From an uncultured Acidimicrobiia bacterium (GTDB taxonomy: Bacteria; Actinomycetota; Acidimicrobiia; Spongiisociales; JAOTWH01), in NCBI GenBank assembly GCA_964347285.1, contig CAYFYE010000014.1, positions 1 through 32,919 on the forward strand: DNA of 32,919 bases, in the 5' to 3' direction. Positions 1-8,981 of this stretch are shown in pieces; within the stretch, counting starts at the first letter, position 1, and the number at the start of each line of letters is the position of its first letter. The notes beneath the pieces were generated by a model, which worked only from the letters and a program-made list of their open reading frames with translations, was not told the origin of the DNA and did no database searches. Both the position numbers and the translations under genes were made by a program.

Positions 1-144
1 GTCGAGGCGGCGAGGCGGTGGACGGGCCTCGAGCCGGCTGCCCTGCTCCGAGACCACCCTCGAGTGCGGGATGCAGCGCGCCGGGCGGCCCCTCCGGAGC
101 GAGCGCTACGGCGTTCACTGACGAGACTGGCGGGTCCATGGTGA
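1..144 (+). CDS. 3' end of upstream gene (partial), possibly a TadZ/CpaE-like pilus assembly protein
   Basis: Frame 1 is open from base 1 (VEAARRWTGLEPAALLRDHPRVRDAARRAAPPERALRRSLTRLAGPW). Its TGA at 142-144 overlaps the tadA start region. The product is guessed from position only. Confidence 0.5.
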   Translation, partial: VEAARRWTGLEPAALLRDHPRVRDAARRAAPPERALRRSLTRLAGPW

Positions 145-1160
145 CCGGAGGCCGTCTCGGATTCCTCGAGCCCCTCCTCGAAGACACCGCCGTCGAAGAG
201 ATCATCGTGCTCGGCGGACAGCGCACCTTCGTCGTCAAGGGCGGGGTGAAGGAGCTGACCCCGATCGTGTCGGATTCGACAACGGTGAGGCGGATTGCAG
301 ACCAGCTCCTCATTGGGACGGGACGACGGCTCGATCTCGCCAACCCAATTGTCACCGCCCAGCTGGAAGATGGCAGTCGGGTTCACATCACCGGGCCCCC
401 GGTGACCCACTCCGATCGGCTCAACATCCAGATACGCAAGTTCGTTCTGGCTGCGGGTCGACTGAGCGAGCTGGTCGATCGTGGCTCTCTTTCGCCTCTC
501 GCAGCCGATTTCCTGGCCGCCGCCATCCGCGCCGAGAAGACCGTTTTGGTCGCCGGTGCCCCGGGGGCCGGGAAGACCACGCTGGTCAACTGCTTGCTCG
601 AAGAAGTCGAGCCTGATCGGCGGGTGGTCAGCTGTGAGGAGGTCTTCGAGATTCAATCCGACCTTCCGGATCTGACACAGATGCAGACGCGAGAAGAGGG
701 CCTCGACGGCGGTGGCGAGATCACCCTGCGCCGCTTGGTGCGCGAGGCCTTGCGGCAGCGACCAGACCGCATCGTCGTGGGCGAGGTCAGGGGTGCCGAG
801 GCGCTGGACCTGCTGCTCGCTCTGAATGCCGGCTGCTCGGGATTGACCACGCTGCATGCCAACTCGGCTCGGGACGCATTAGAGAAGCTGGTCGGCTACT
901 GCATGCTGGCCGGGGAGAACATCTCCACGGCGTTCGTTCGACGCGCCCTGGCCGCCACGGTCGATCTGGTGGTTCAGGTGAGGCGGAGGGGTAGCCGGCG
1001 ACGGGTCGAAGAAGTCGTCTCGGTCGCCGACCGGCTGGTGGAAGAGGCGTTCGCAGTCACGAGCGTGTTCACCTGGGAGAGGGGCAGTCTGTCGTGGACT
1101 GGTCATCGCCCCGAGGATGCCGAGGACTACGCCGCCGCGGCAATGAGGTGGCCGGCATGA
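138..1160 (+). CDS. tadA: Tad/Flp pilus assembly ATPase (CpaF/TadA family)
   Basis: Walker A GAPGAGKTT, Asp-box CEEVFEI, ALRQRPDRIVVGEVRG (Walker B), His-box TTLHANS. Start is ATG 138 or GTG 141 (GTGA overlap with the upstream stop). Confidence 0.93.
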   Translation: MVTGGRLGFLEPLLEDTAVEEIIVLGGQRTFVVKGGVKELTPIVSDSTTVRRIADQLLIGTGRRLDLANPIVTAQLEDGSRVHITGPPVTHSDRLNIQIRKFVLAAGRLSELVDRGSLSPLAADFLAAAIRAEKTVLVAGAPGAGKTTLVNCLLEEVEPDRRVVSCEEVFEIQSDLPDLTQMQTREEGLDGGGEITLRRLVREALRQRPDRIVVGEVRGAEALDLLLALNAGCSGLTTLHANSARDALEKLVGYCMLAGENISTAFVRRALAATVDLVVQVRRRGSRRRVEEVVSVADRLVEEAFAVTSVFTWERGSLSWTGHRPEDAEDYAAAAMRWPA

Positions 1161-1963
1161 GAGGGCTGGCCGTACTCACGGCAGCTCTCGCCGCGTGGAC
1201 CTTTGTCGGGGGCCCTCTGCCGCGGGTCGTTGTACCCGACCTGCGTTTGCCGGGCCTCCCTCACCTGCTCATCGGAGCCGGCCTGTTCGCGGCGACGACC
1301 CTGCTCGTGCTGGGCCTGACCGGGTTAGCCACGATCGCATTGGCGATCGGTGCTCTGGTCGCCATGGCGATGGTCACCCTTGGCGCGAAGCGCCGACCAC
1401 GTAGCAAGGACCGGCTTCGCGAGCAGTGGCCGGACCTCCTGGCGCTGGTGCAGAGCCGCCTGGCGGGCGGCTCTGCACTGCCCGATGCGTTTGCCGTCGC
1501 AGTAGAAAGGCTCGACCCGCCTCCAGAGGATCTCGTGACCCTGGTGGAGGAATGGTCGACGTCCGGGCGTCGGTTCCACGAGTCCCTGGAGGAGCTGCGG
1601 GCCCGTCTGGCCGATCCGGTGGCCGATCGGGTCTTGTCCACGTTGGCCACCGCACATCTCACCGGTGGCCGAAGGGTCGTGGAGATCCTCGCCATCCTCA
1701 ACGTCTCGGTCGGCGACGAACTGCGACTGCGGGCGGCTCACGAGGCCGCTCTGACTCAGCAGCGCCTCACCGCAGCGGTTGCCTTGATTGCCCCGTGGGC
1801 GCTGTTGCTGCTCACCGTTGCCACCAATCCGAGTGCCGCCGAGGCGTATCTCACGTCGACGGGCTCTCTCATCGTGCTCATCGGCCTGGCCAGCACCGTC
1901 CTCGGGTATCTGTTGGCCCTCCGCGTTTCAAGACTCTCCCGCGCGCCCAGGCTGCTTCGATGA
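1157..1963 (+). CDS. tadB: Tad pilus membrane platform protein TadB (T2SS-F domain)
   Basis: ATGA overlap with the tadA stop. N-terminal TM segments, WPDLLALVQSRLAGGSALPDAF and two C-terminal TM segments. Confidence 0.85.
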   Translation: MRGLAVLTAALAAWTFVGGPLPRVVVPDLRLPGLPHLLIGAGLFAATTLLVLGLTGLATIALAIGALVAMAMVTLGAKRRPRSKDRLREQWPDLLALVQSRLAGGSALPDAFAVAVERLDPPPEDLVTLVEEWSTSGRRFHESLEELRARLADPVADRVLSTLATAHLTGGRRVVEILAILNVSVGDELRLRAAHEAALTQQRLTAAVALIAPWALLLLTVATNPSAAEAYLTSTGSLIVLIGLASTVLGYLLALRVSRLSRAPRLLR

Positions 1964-2775
1964 GGGTCGTCGTTGCACTCCTGGCCGCCGCGGGCGTCTT
2001 TCTGATCGGCGCCGGTCGTCCTGCCGTAGTGCTTGTCGAGAAGGTCGGCGTCTATCTCCGGCCGGTTCGTTCCGGTCGAGAGGAGAGAGCTGCAGTCCCT
2101 CGCCGTCTTCTGAGAGCCGGTCTGGCGTGGGACCGCCGCCGGCTGTTGGTCCACATGTTGTATGCGGGGGCGACGGGGAGCGTCATCGGGATGCTGCTGG
2201 CGCAAGGCGATCTCTTCGTGCAAGGCGCCGGCAGATCCGTTCCCGGACTGGCGATCCTCGGAGGCGTCGCCGGCGTGATGGTGCTGAACGTTTGGATCTC
2301 TGGGCGCGGTGATCGCCGGGCCCGACAGCTTCAGCATGAGCTGCCGGCCGTTACCGACATCCTCGCCCTTCAGATCCTGGCCGGTGATTCTGTGACGGCC
2401 GCGCTGGAGCGCTTTGCCGAAAGCGCCTCCGGCGTAGCCGCAAATGAGCTCGGGGCCGTTCTCGCCCACCATCATCGAGGCATCGACCTGACGGAGGCGC
2501 TGCTCCAAGCGGCCCGAGGGACGGCCTACCAGGAGGCGGGAAGGTTGTACCGCCTCCTCGCCAACGCTCACCAAAGTGGTTCTCGATTGGCCGACGCCCT
2601 GCTGGGGCTTGGAGTCGATTACCGGGCCAGCCTGACCCGATCGCTGACCGCTGAAGGGGGCAAGAGGGCCCTCGCCACCTACGGCCCCATCCTGGCGCTG
2701 ATGGTGCCGATTGCTCTCCTCTTCTTGATCTATCCGACGTTGGCCGGCCTCAATTCGCTGTCGGCCGGTCCTTAG
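1960..2775 (+). CDS. tadC: Tad pilus membrane platform protein TadC (T2SS-F domain)
   Basis: ATGA overlap with the tadB stop. ELPAVTDILALQILAGDSVTAAL motif and a C-terminal TM ending LFLIYP. Confidence 0.85.
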   Translation: MRVVVALLAAAGVFLIGAGRPAVVLVEKVGVYLRPVRSGREERAAVPRRLLRAGLAWDRRRLLVHMLYAGATGSVIGMLLAQGDLFVQGAGRSVPGLAILGGVAGVMVLNVWISGRGDRRARQLQHELPAVTDILALQILAGDSVTAALERFAESASGVAANELGAVLAHHHRGIDLTEALLQAARGTAYQEAGRLYRLLANAHQSGSRLADALLGLGVDYRASLTRSLTAEGGKRALATYGPILALMVPIALLFLIYPTLAGLNSLSAGP

Positions 2776-2776
2776 G

Positions 2777-2786
2777 AAGGAGGTGA
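2777..2786 (+). promoter_or_regulatory. Very strong Shine-Dalgarno sequence for the Flp pilin
   Basis: AAGGAGGTGA, 4 nt upstream of ATG 2791. Confidence 0.85.
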
Positions 2787-2790
2787 GGTA

Positions 2791-2946
2791 ATGAACCGCG
2801 ATGAGCGAGGTATTACCACCGTTGAGTGGCTGGGAATGGCAGCCATCGCCGTATTGGTGATCGCGTTCCTTCTGCCTCAAGTCCGCAGTTCGGCGGGATC
2901 GCTGTGGTTGTCGATAACCGACCAGATCGCCGGCTTCTTCGGCTAG
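2791..2946 (+). CDS. flp: Flp-type (type IVc) major pilin, 51 aa
   Basis: Translated by hand: MNRDERG|ITTVEWLGMAAIAVLVIAFLLPQVRSSAGSLWLSITDQIAGFFG*. Short charged leader, Gly at -1, Glu at +5, hydrophobic helix, strong SD. Absent from the supplied ORF track. Confidence 0.9.
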   Translation: MNRDERGITTVEWLGMAAIAVLVIAFLLPQVRSSAGSLWLSITDQIAGFFG

Positions 2947-3302
2947 ATACGGGATCGGCCATCGCCGAGGGGATGGTCGCCATGGCTATCGCCTTCCTCC
3001 TTCTGGCGGTCGCCGTGTGGGCCGGGCTGGCCATCGTGGCCCGCAACGCCACTCAGGCCGTCACCGACGCCGCCGTTCGGGGTGGGGTGCGGCCGGGTAC
3101 CGATCTCGTCGGCCTTTCTCGGCAGGCCCATTGGATGATCGGGCGCACGGTGCCCGGTGCCGAGGCGACCGAGGTCGCGGTTGCGAACCACGGGGGAATC
3201 CTCGACGTAGGGGCGAGACTCCGGTGGTCCCCGCCCGGTCCCGTCTTGGCACCGCTCACCGTCGAGGTCCACTCCCGGCTTCCCATGATCATGCCCCCAT
3301 GA
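2904..3302 (+). CDS. TadE-like pseudopilin
   Basis: DTG|SAIAEGMVAMAIAFLLLAVAVW prepilin-like motif, then DAAVRGG. Start uncertain: GTG 2904 keeps the motif, ATG 2973 loses it. Confidence 0.7.
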   Translation: MVVDNRPDRRLLRLDTGSAIAEGMVAMAIAFLLLAVAVWAGLAIVARNATQAVTDAAVRGGVRPGTDLVGLSRQAHWMIGRTVPGAEATEVAVANHGGILDVGARLRWSPPGPVLAPLTVEVHSRLPMIMPP

Positions 3303-3655
3303 GTCGCGGCAATGCACTCGTGGAAGTGCTCGTCGTCGGTGTGCTGGTCGTACTCATGGTCGTGGGGGTGGGGGCGACGGCCATGCGCCTTCATTCGGCG
3401 GGAGAAACGATGACCGAGGTCGCCCAGACCGCTGCGCTGTTCGCGGCCCGCCACGGAGATGCATCGACCGCCCTCGAGGTGGTGTATCGGCTCGCGCCCG
3501 ACTCGATGGTCGAGATCGAAACGGGCGATGATGAGATCACGGTGATAGTTCGCAAGAGGGTCGGGGTCCTGGGACCGGCCGGGACATGGGTCACCAAGAC
3601 CGTCACGGGACGCGCCACTGCGGCGTTGAGCCCGCTGCGCAGTGGGCGTGGCTGA
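3299..3655 (+). CDS. TadE-like pseudopilin
   Basis: ATGA overlap with the previous stop. MSRG|NALVEVLVVGVLVV has Gly -1 and Glu +5, followed by AQTAALFAAR. Confidence 0.8.
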   Translation: MSRGNALVEVLVVGVLVVLMVVGVGATAMRLHSAGETMTEVAQTAALFAARHGDASTALEVVYRLAPDSMVEIETGDDEITVIVRKRVGVLGPAGTWVTKTVTGRATAALSPLRSGRG

Positions 3656-4046
3656 GCGGGGCTCGGCCCTTCCCGCCGTTGCGGTCGTCCTTCTCGGGGG
3701 ACTGCTCATGGTCGGGGTCGGCATCGACCTGGCCCGATGGGGTGCAGTCTGGCGGGAAGCGGGCTTCGCGGCCGATGCCGGAGCGGAAGCGGGGGCGGCG
3801 ATGGTCGATGCTGAATTGCTGTACAAAGGTGTCCTGGCCCTCGACCCGGCGACGGCCGAGTGGAAAGGTATGGAGACTGCCCGGGCCGCCCGTCCCCGCC
3901 CGGAGCGGCGCGTCGACGCCCACGCCGACCCGGATCAGGTGTGCGTCACGGTCCATCAGACGTTTCGACCCACGATCCTGCGCGCGGTTGGCGTTGCCGA
4001 TCAGACCGTGACGGTCGACGCTTGTGCCGAGCCGCACGCCGGCTAG
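3642..4046 (+). CDS. TadG-like (Tad N-terminal domain) pseudopilin
   Basis: ERG|SALPAVAVV...GIDLAR...AADAGAEAGA pattern typical of TadG N-termini. Start GTG 3642 or 3648. Confidence 0.78.
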   Translation: MGVAERGSALPAVAVVLLGGLLMVGVGIDLARWGAVWREAGFAADAGAEAGAAMVDAELLYKGVLALDPATAEWKGMETARAARPRPERRVDAHADPDQVCVTVHQTFRPTILRAVGVADQTVTVDACAEPHAG

Positions 4047-4334
4047 TCCGGCAGGTGCACCGCGGTTTCCAAGACGAGGCAGTTGCTGGGTGCGTGGAGC
4101 CGGCGACGTCTCCTCACCGACCACTCACGTGCGGGTGCCCAGGCGCCGGCTGCGAATGCAGTGACCGAAGAAGTCGGCTGGTGCCTCCTAGGTACCCCCT
4201 TCCGATGGCGCGCCTTCAATCCCCGGCGAGGCCCAGGCTATGGGGCGCCGGGGGGCGGGTTTCCGACGTGGGGGCGTTGTGCCCTATCGGTTGGCTGCGG
4301 TCGGGATGATGATGGTGTCAGGAGGTGTTCGGGG

Positions 4335-6356
4335 ATGCGTCTTCGATGCTTCCTTGTGGTGGCGCCGTTACTGGTGGTGTGCGCGTGCACCAGTGATGTG
4401 GCGGTCATCACGACCGCAACCCCTACCTCGACGGTTTCGACCAGCACGAGCACGCCTTCGGTTTACTCGACGACGACCAGCCCCGCAGGGGCAGAGTGGC
4501 CGGCAGTCGAGGTGTTGGTCACCAACGACGATGGCGTGTTCAACATCGATGCGTCCGGTGCTGTGTCGCAGCTGGTGGAGGGGCGGGTGGCGTACGCGGC
4601 GGACGACACCCGGGGTGGACTGCTTTTTCAGCTGGAACGGGGACGATCGACGGCATGGTGGGAAGGGCCCGATGACGGCGAGGTGAACAACACGGTGGTG
4701 TGGTGGGTACCGAAGGGTGCCGGGGGAGCGCAGGCGCTTCTGGTACCGACACCCGACGCCAACTTGGATCTGTCGTTGGTGGATGCGGTGGCGGTGGATG
4801 GCCGGACCCTGATCGTCTATGTGCGGCACGACTCGACGATGGACCCCGAGTACGGGCCGCACGGCTGGCATGACACCCTGCGAGTTTTCGACCTCGATAG
4901 CCACCGGGTGACCGAGTTGTTCAGATACCCGGCCTACGAGCACGACGTCGATTTCTCCATCGGCGGGGGAGCCGTCCTGGTCGACGAGGCAGACGTGGCG
5001 GGCAACCTGTGCTATTTCCTCGAAGACACCCTGTCGGGGGGTTCGGTCTCGACGGTATTCCCCAACGTTCGACCCGGCAGAGGCCAGTATGGGATGGTAC
5101 TGCCCGAGTTGGTTCGCTGCGATGGTGACGAGTGTCCGTGGGGGTGCGTGCTCTCCCCGGATGCGACGGCCGCGGCTTTCATGGCTGTTGACTCGATGTC
5201 GACCGGTGCAGCACGGACAGTGTCGATCCTCGAGCCGCTTTCCGGCGAGGTGGCTGCCGAGTACACCACGGCAGGTGTTCACAGCGTGGCGTTGGCCGAC
5301 GGGTATCTGCTGGTGAACCGGGAGTCGGGGCCTGCCGTTGTGGTCCACTGGAGTGCCCCTGCCTTGCTGGAGACACAGCTTCCCGTGTACGGAACGGCCC
5401 GCTTCGTGAAGAGCGCGATCGACGTTGTGGCGCCGATTCGCTCGCCTGACTTCACGCCTCCCTGGCCCGAGCATCCCGGTATGCCTGCCACCGCCGACCG
5501 CCCGCCGCTCGTCGTTGCCGGCGCCGACGGGGTCACGTTGTGGGCCAACGGCGCCCCCGAGGTGCTCGTCGACGGACCGCCGACACGGGTGGCCTACCGG
5601 CTCGCCACCGGCACCGTGATCTATCAAGAGGAGGGACAAGACGACTACGACCGTCCGGCACCTTTGATGAGGGTCGAACCAGGAGGCGAGCCCACGGTGC
5701 TGGTGGGAACCGAAGGCGTGAGGCCGGTGCTGTGGGGTACCGGAGATATCGACGGCAACCCGGTGGCCGTCTACGAGCGGTGGCCCGTCCCCTGCGAAGG
5801 GGACGACTCATCTCCATGTGAAGGGCGGCTCCTCGCCATTGATCCGAGCAACGGCTCTGAGGTGGATCTCGGCGCCTTCAGTGCACCTGCTTTCGCCCTT
5901 GGTCCGTCAGGGGTGGCGGGCGGTATCGTCCTCGTCTACAACTCCGGAGCCGAGATCGGCGACATCGGCAGCTTCTCCCTCCTCGACATCGGAGGCACGG
6001 CTCTGGAGAACCCGGTCTGCAAGCTGGCGGTCGACTGTGATAGGCCGATGCGAATGCTCGGTGCTCTCTCCCCGGAGGGCGAGAGAGTGGCCTATGTGCT
6101 CGATCGTATGAAAGTAGGAACCGACGTCGAATACGACTTCGTCGATCGAAGCTTCGGCGTCGTCGATAGGGCGACGGGGAAAGAACTCCTCTCGATCGAG
6201 CTCGAGGGGGAAGGAGAAGTTGCGTGGCTCGATTTCGACGGCGAGCATGCGTCGATCTCGGTGCGCCACGATGCCGAGATGATCGCGTATCTCGTCGGTC
6301 CCGATGGTGCGGTCGAACCCCTCACCGTCAGCGGAGTGGCAACGCTCCCGCGCTAG
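4335..6356 (+). CDS. Putative lipoprotein with a Thr/Ser linker and two homologous beta-rich (propeller-like) domains
   Basis: SD AGGAGGTG at 4320-4327, ATG 4335, MRLRCFLVVAPLLVVCAC lipobox-like signal, TTATPTSTVSTSTST linker, visible internal duplication. Confidence 0.75.
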   Translation: MRLRCFLVVAPLLVVCACTSDVAVITTATPTSTVSTSTSTPSVYSTTTSPAGAEWPAVEVLVTNDDGVFNIDASGAVSQLVEGRVAYAADDTRGGLLFQLERGRSTAWWEGPDDGEVNNTVVWWVPKGAGGAQALLVPTPDANLDLSLVDAVAVDGRTLIVYVRHDSTMDPEYGPHGWHDTLRVFDLDSHRVTELFRYPAYEHDVDFSIGGGAVLVDEADVAGNLCYFLEDTLSGGSVSTVFPNVRPGRGQYGMVLPELVRCDGDECPWGCVLSPDATAAAFMAVDSMSTGAARTVSILEPLSGEVAAEYTTAGVHSVALADGYLLVNRESGPAVVVHWSAPALLETQLPVYGTARFVKSAIDVVAPIRSPDFTPPWPEHPGMPATADRPPLVVAGADGVTLWANGAPEVLVDGPPTRVAYRLATGTVIYQEEGQDDYDRPAPLMRVEPGGEPTVLVGTEGVRPVLWGTGDIDGNPVAVYERWPVPCEGDDSSPCEGRLLAIDPSNGSEVDLGAFSAPAFALGPSGVAGGIVLVYNSGAEIGDIGSFSLLDIGGTALENPVCKLAVDCDRPMRMLGALSPEGERVAYVLDRMKVGTDVEYDFVDRSFGVVDRATGKELLSIELEGEGEVAWLDFDGEHASISVRHDAEMIAYLVGPDGAVEPLTVSGVATLPR

Positions 6357-6475
6357 CGGAGGTGGTCCCGTGTGCGATCGGCACGACCTGGCTCAGGCTG
6401 GATCACTGTCTTTGCGCCGCCTCCCGGGTCGCTGCGGTAGTGTGCCGGGCCTAGCACGCAACCCCGGGGGGCGAC

Positions 6476-7918
6476 GTGGTGGACGTTCCCGATGTCCAAT
6501 ACGCAAAGAGCGGCGGGGCCAGCATCGCCTACCAGGTGGTGGGAACGGGCCCGCCCGACCTGGTGATCACGCCGGGGTTCACCTCCCATCTGGACCTGCA
6601 GTGGACCATGCCTTCATTCGTCGATTTCATGGAGCAACTCGCCTCGTTTGCGCGGGTGATCATCTTCGACAAGCTCGGCACCGGACTGTCGGACCCCACC
6701 GCCGGCGTCGTACGCTTCGACCGGCGGATCGACGACATCGAAGCCGTCATGGACGGGGCCGGCTCCGACCGGGCCGCCTTGATGGGGGTTTCGGAAGGCG
6801 GACCGCTCAGTGCGTTGTTCGCCGCCACCCATCCGGAGCGAGTCAGCGCGATAGTCCTCTACGGCACGTTTGCGCGAGGCGGGCAGCTCCACAACGAGAT
6901 GTGGGCCAAGTTCGACGACGCCGTTCGTCACTGGGGCGAGGGACGGACCGCCGCCATCTTCTCAGCGGCCCAAGCCGGCTCTTCGGTGCGGAGGCGCCTG
7001 GCCGGCATATACGAACGCGCCTCGGCCAGTCCGGCCATGGCTCAGGCTCTGCTGGATTCGATCCGGGAAGCCGACGTCACCGACGTGCTGAGCGTCATCA
7101 GCGCTCCCTGCCTCGTACTCCATCGTTCCGGTGACTCCTTTGCCGATCCGGCCTGGGCGGAGGACCTGGCCAAGGCCATACCCGGGGCCCGGCTCGAGCT
7201 GGTCTACGGGGACGAACATCTGCCCTGGTTCGGTGACCACCGGTCCTTGGTCGACGCCATCTCTCGTTTCCTCACCGGGCACGAGGCCCGGCCCGAGAGC
7301 AGTCGAGTGCTGGCCACCGTCCTGTTCACCGACATCGTCGGCTCCACCGAGCACGCCGTCCGCCTGGGCGACGAGGATTGGAGCCGGCTCCTCTCAGAGC
7401 ACGACGGGCTGGTACGGGAGAGCTTGTCGATCTATCGGGGCACCGAGATCAAGACCACCGGTGACGGCTTCCTGGTTATGTTCGATTCACCGGCCCGAGC
7501 CGTCGAATGCGCCCTCGAGCTCATCGACCGCCTCGCCCATCTGGACCTCCAGATCCGCGCCGGCGTCCACACCGGGGAATGTGAGTTCTCGGGCGGGGAC
7601 CTGCGTGGCATGGCGGTTCACATCGGGGCCCGGCTGGCGGCGGTGGCCGAAGCGGGCGAGGTGTTGGTGTCCAGCACCGTCAGAGACCTCGTCGTCGGTT
7701 CCGGGCTGACCTTCACCCCTCGCGGCGGCCGTCGGCTCAAAGGCGTACCGGGCACATGGAACGTCTTCGCAGTGGTGCCTCCCGAGGAAGCCGCCGAGCT
7801 GCAGCCCCATCAACTCGAGCGCAGATTGCGGCCCGGCGACCGCTTGTCGTTACTGCTGGCCCGTCGAGCACCGGGGGCACTGCGGGCCCTGGCGGGCATG
7901 GGGGTCGGCCGGGCCTGA
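6476..7918 (+). CDS. Alpha/beta hydrolase fused to a class III adenylate/guanylate cyclase (LipJ/Rv1900c-like)
   Basis: FDKLGTGLSD and GVSEGG nucleophile elbow. Cyclase motifs VLFTDIVGST, KTTGDGF, IRAGVHTGE, AVHIGARL, LKGVPG. Confidence 0.92.
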   Translation: MVDVPDVQYAKSGGASIAYQVVGTGPPDLVITPGFTSHLDLQWTMPSFVDFMEQLASFARVIIFDKLGTGLSDPTAGVVRFDRRIDDIEAVMDGAGSDRAALMGVSEGGPLSALFAATHPERVSAIVLYGTFARGGQLHNEMWAKFDDAVRHWGEGRTAAIFSAAQAGSSVRRRLAGIYERASASPAMAQALLDSIREADVTDVLSVISAPCLVLHRSGDSFADPAWAEDLAKAIPGARLELVYGDEHLPWFGDHRSLVDAISRFLTGHEARPESSRVLATVLFTDIVGSTEHAVRLGDEDWSRLLSEHDGLVRESLSIYRGTEIKTTGDGFLVMFDSPARAVECALELIDRLAHLDLQIRAGVHTGECEFSGGDLRGMAVHIGARLAAVAEAGEVLVSSTVRDLVVGSGLTFTPRGGRRLKGVPGTWNVFAVVPPEEAAELQPHQLERRLRPGDRLSLLLARRAPGALRALAGMGVGRA

Positions 7919-7994
7919 GGGACTGGGTCGGTGAGCCGCCGACGCACCTGCAGCGAGCCTCGCCGCCGCGACGGCCTCATCGCTGAAGAGGTTG

Positions 7995-8981
7995 CTAGTC
8001 CAGTGGGAAGGCGGACAGCTCCCGCAAGCGGTCGAGGCGGTGCAGGCCCTCGACAAAGCGCACGGTGCCGGTCTTGGAACGCATCACCACGCTGTGGGTG
8101 CGCACCTCGTTCTCCCGGTAGCGAACCCCGCGCAGCAGCTCCCCCCGGGTCACTCCGGTGGCCGCGAAGAAGGTGGCATCGGAGTCGACCAGGTCCTTGA
8201 TCGTCAGCACCTGGCTGAGGTCCAGGCCGGCCTCGGCGGCGTAGCGCTCCTCGGACTCGTCGCGAGGCCACAGCCGGCACTGGATCTCGCCCCGCAGTGC
8301 CGCAAGGGCACAGGCAGCGGTCACCGCTTCCGGTGAGCCGCCGATGCCCAGCAAGATGTCGATGCCGCTGTCGGCCACACAGGTGGCGATGGCGGCGGAG
8401 ATGTCGCCATCGCGAATCAGGCGAATGCGGGCCCCGGCCTCCCGGACCGCATCGATGTAGGGCTGGTTGCGGGGCCGGTCGAGGATGATGGCGGTGACGC
8501 CGTGGATCGACTTACCGGTGGCCCTGGCCACCTGCATGAGGTTGTGGGCCACCGGGGCCTCGAGGTCTACCAAGCCGGCCGCTTCCTCACCAACGGCGAT
8601 CTTGTCCATATACACGAGCTTGCCCGGGGCATACATCGAGCCCCGTTCGGCCACCCCCAGCACGGCCAGCGCCCCCGGCCCGCCCTCGGCGGTGAGGCGG
8701 GTGCCGTCGACCGGGTCGACTGCCACGTCCACCGCCGGACCGTCGCCGTTGCCCACCTGCTCGCCGTTGTAGAGCATCGGTGCTTCGTCCTTCTCTCCCT
8801 CCCCGATGACGACCACCCCGTCCATGTCGACCGTGGACAACACCGCCCGCATGGCATCGACGGCGGCCTGGTCGACCGCCTCCTTGTCCCCCCTCCCTTG
8901 GTGGATGCCGGCGGCCATCGCTGCCGCCTCGGTGACCCGGACCAGCTCGAGGGCCAGGTTGCGATCCGGCAGCTCAGCCAT
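7995..8981 (-). CDS. glpX: Class II fructose-1,6-bisphosphatase
   Basis: RNLALELVRVTEAAA, VVIGEGEKDEAPML, AVDPVDGT, DGDISAA. Confidence 0.96.
   Translation of the reverse strand: MAELPDRNLALELVRVTEAAAMAAGIHQGRGDKEAVDQAAVDAMRAVLSTVDMDGVVVIGEGEKDEAPMLYNGEQVGNGDGPAVDVAVDPVDGTRLTAEGGPGALAVLGVAERGSMYAPGKLVYMDKIAVGEEAAGLVDLEAPVAHNLMQVARATGKSIHGVTAIILDRPRNQPYIDAVREAGARIRLIRDGDISAAIATCVADSGIDILLGIGGSPEAVTAACALAALRGEIQCRLWPRDESEERYAAEAGLDLSQVLTIKDLVDSDATFFAATGVTRGELLRGVRYRENEVRTHSVVMRSKTGTVRFVEGLHRLDRLRELSAFPLD

Noticed and set aside
4047..4334. Possible tRNA-Sec or structured RNA (CTTCAA near 4214) in the long intergenic gap
   Set aside because: No anticodon stem, T-arm or acceptor stem could be folded, and I recognised no riboswitch motif.
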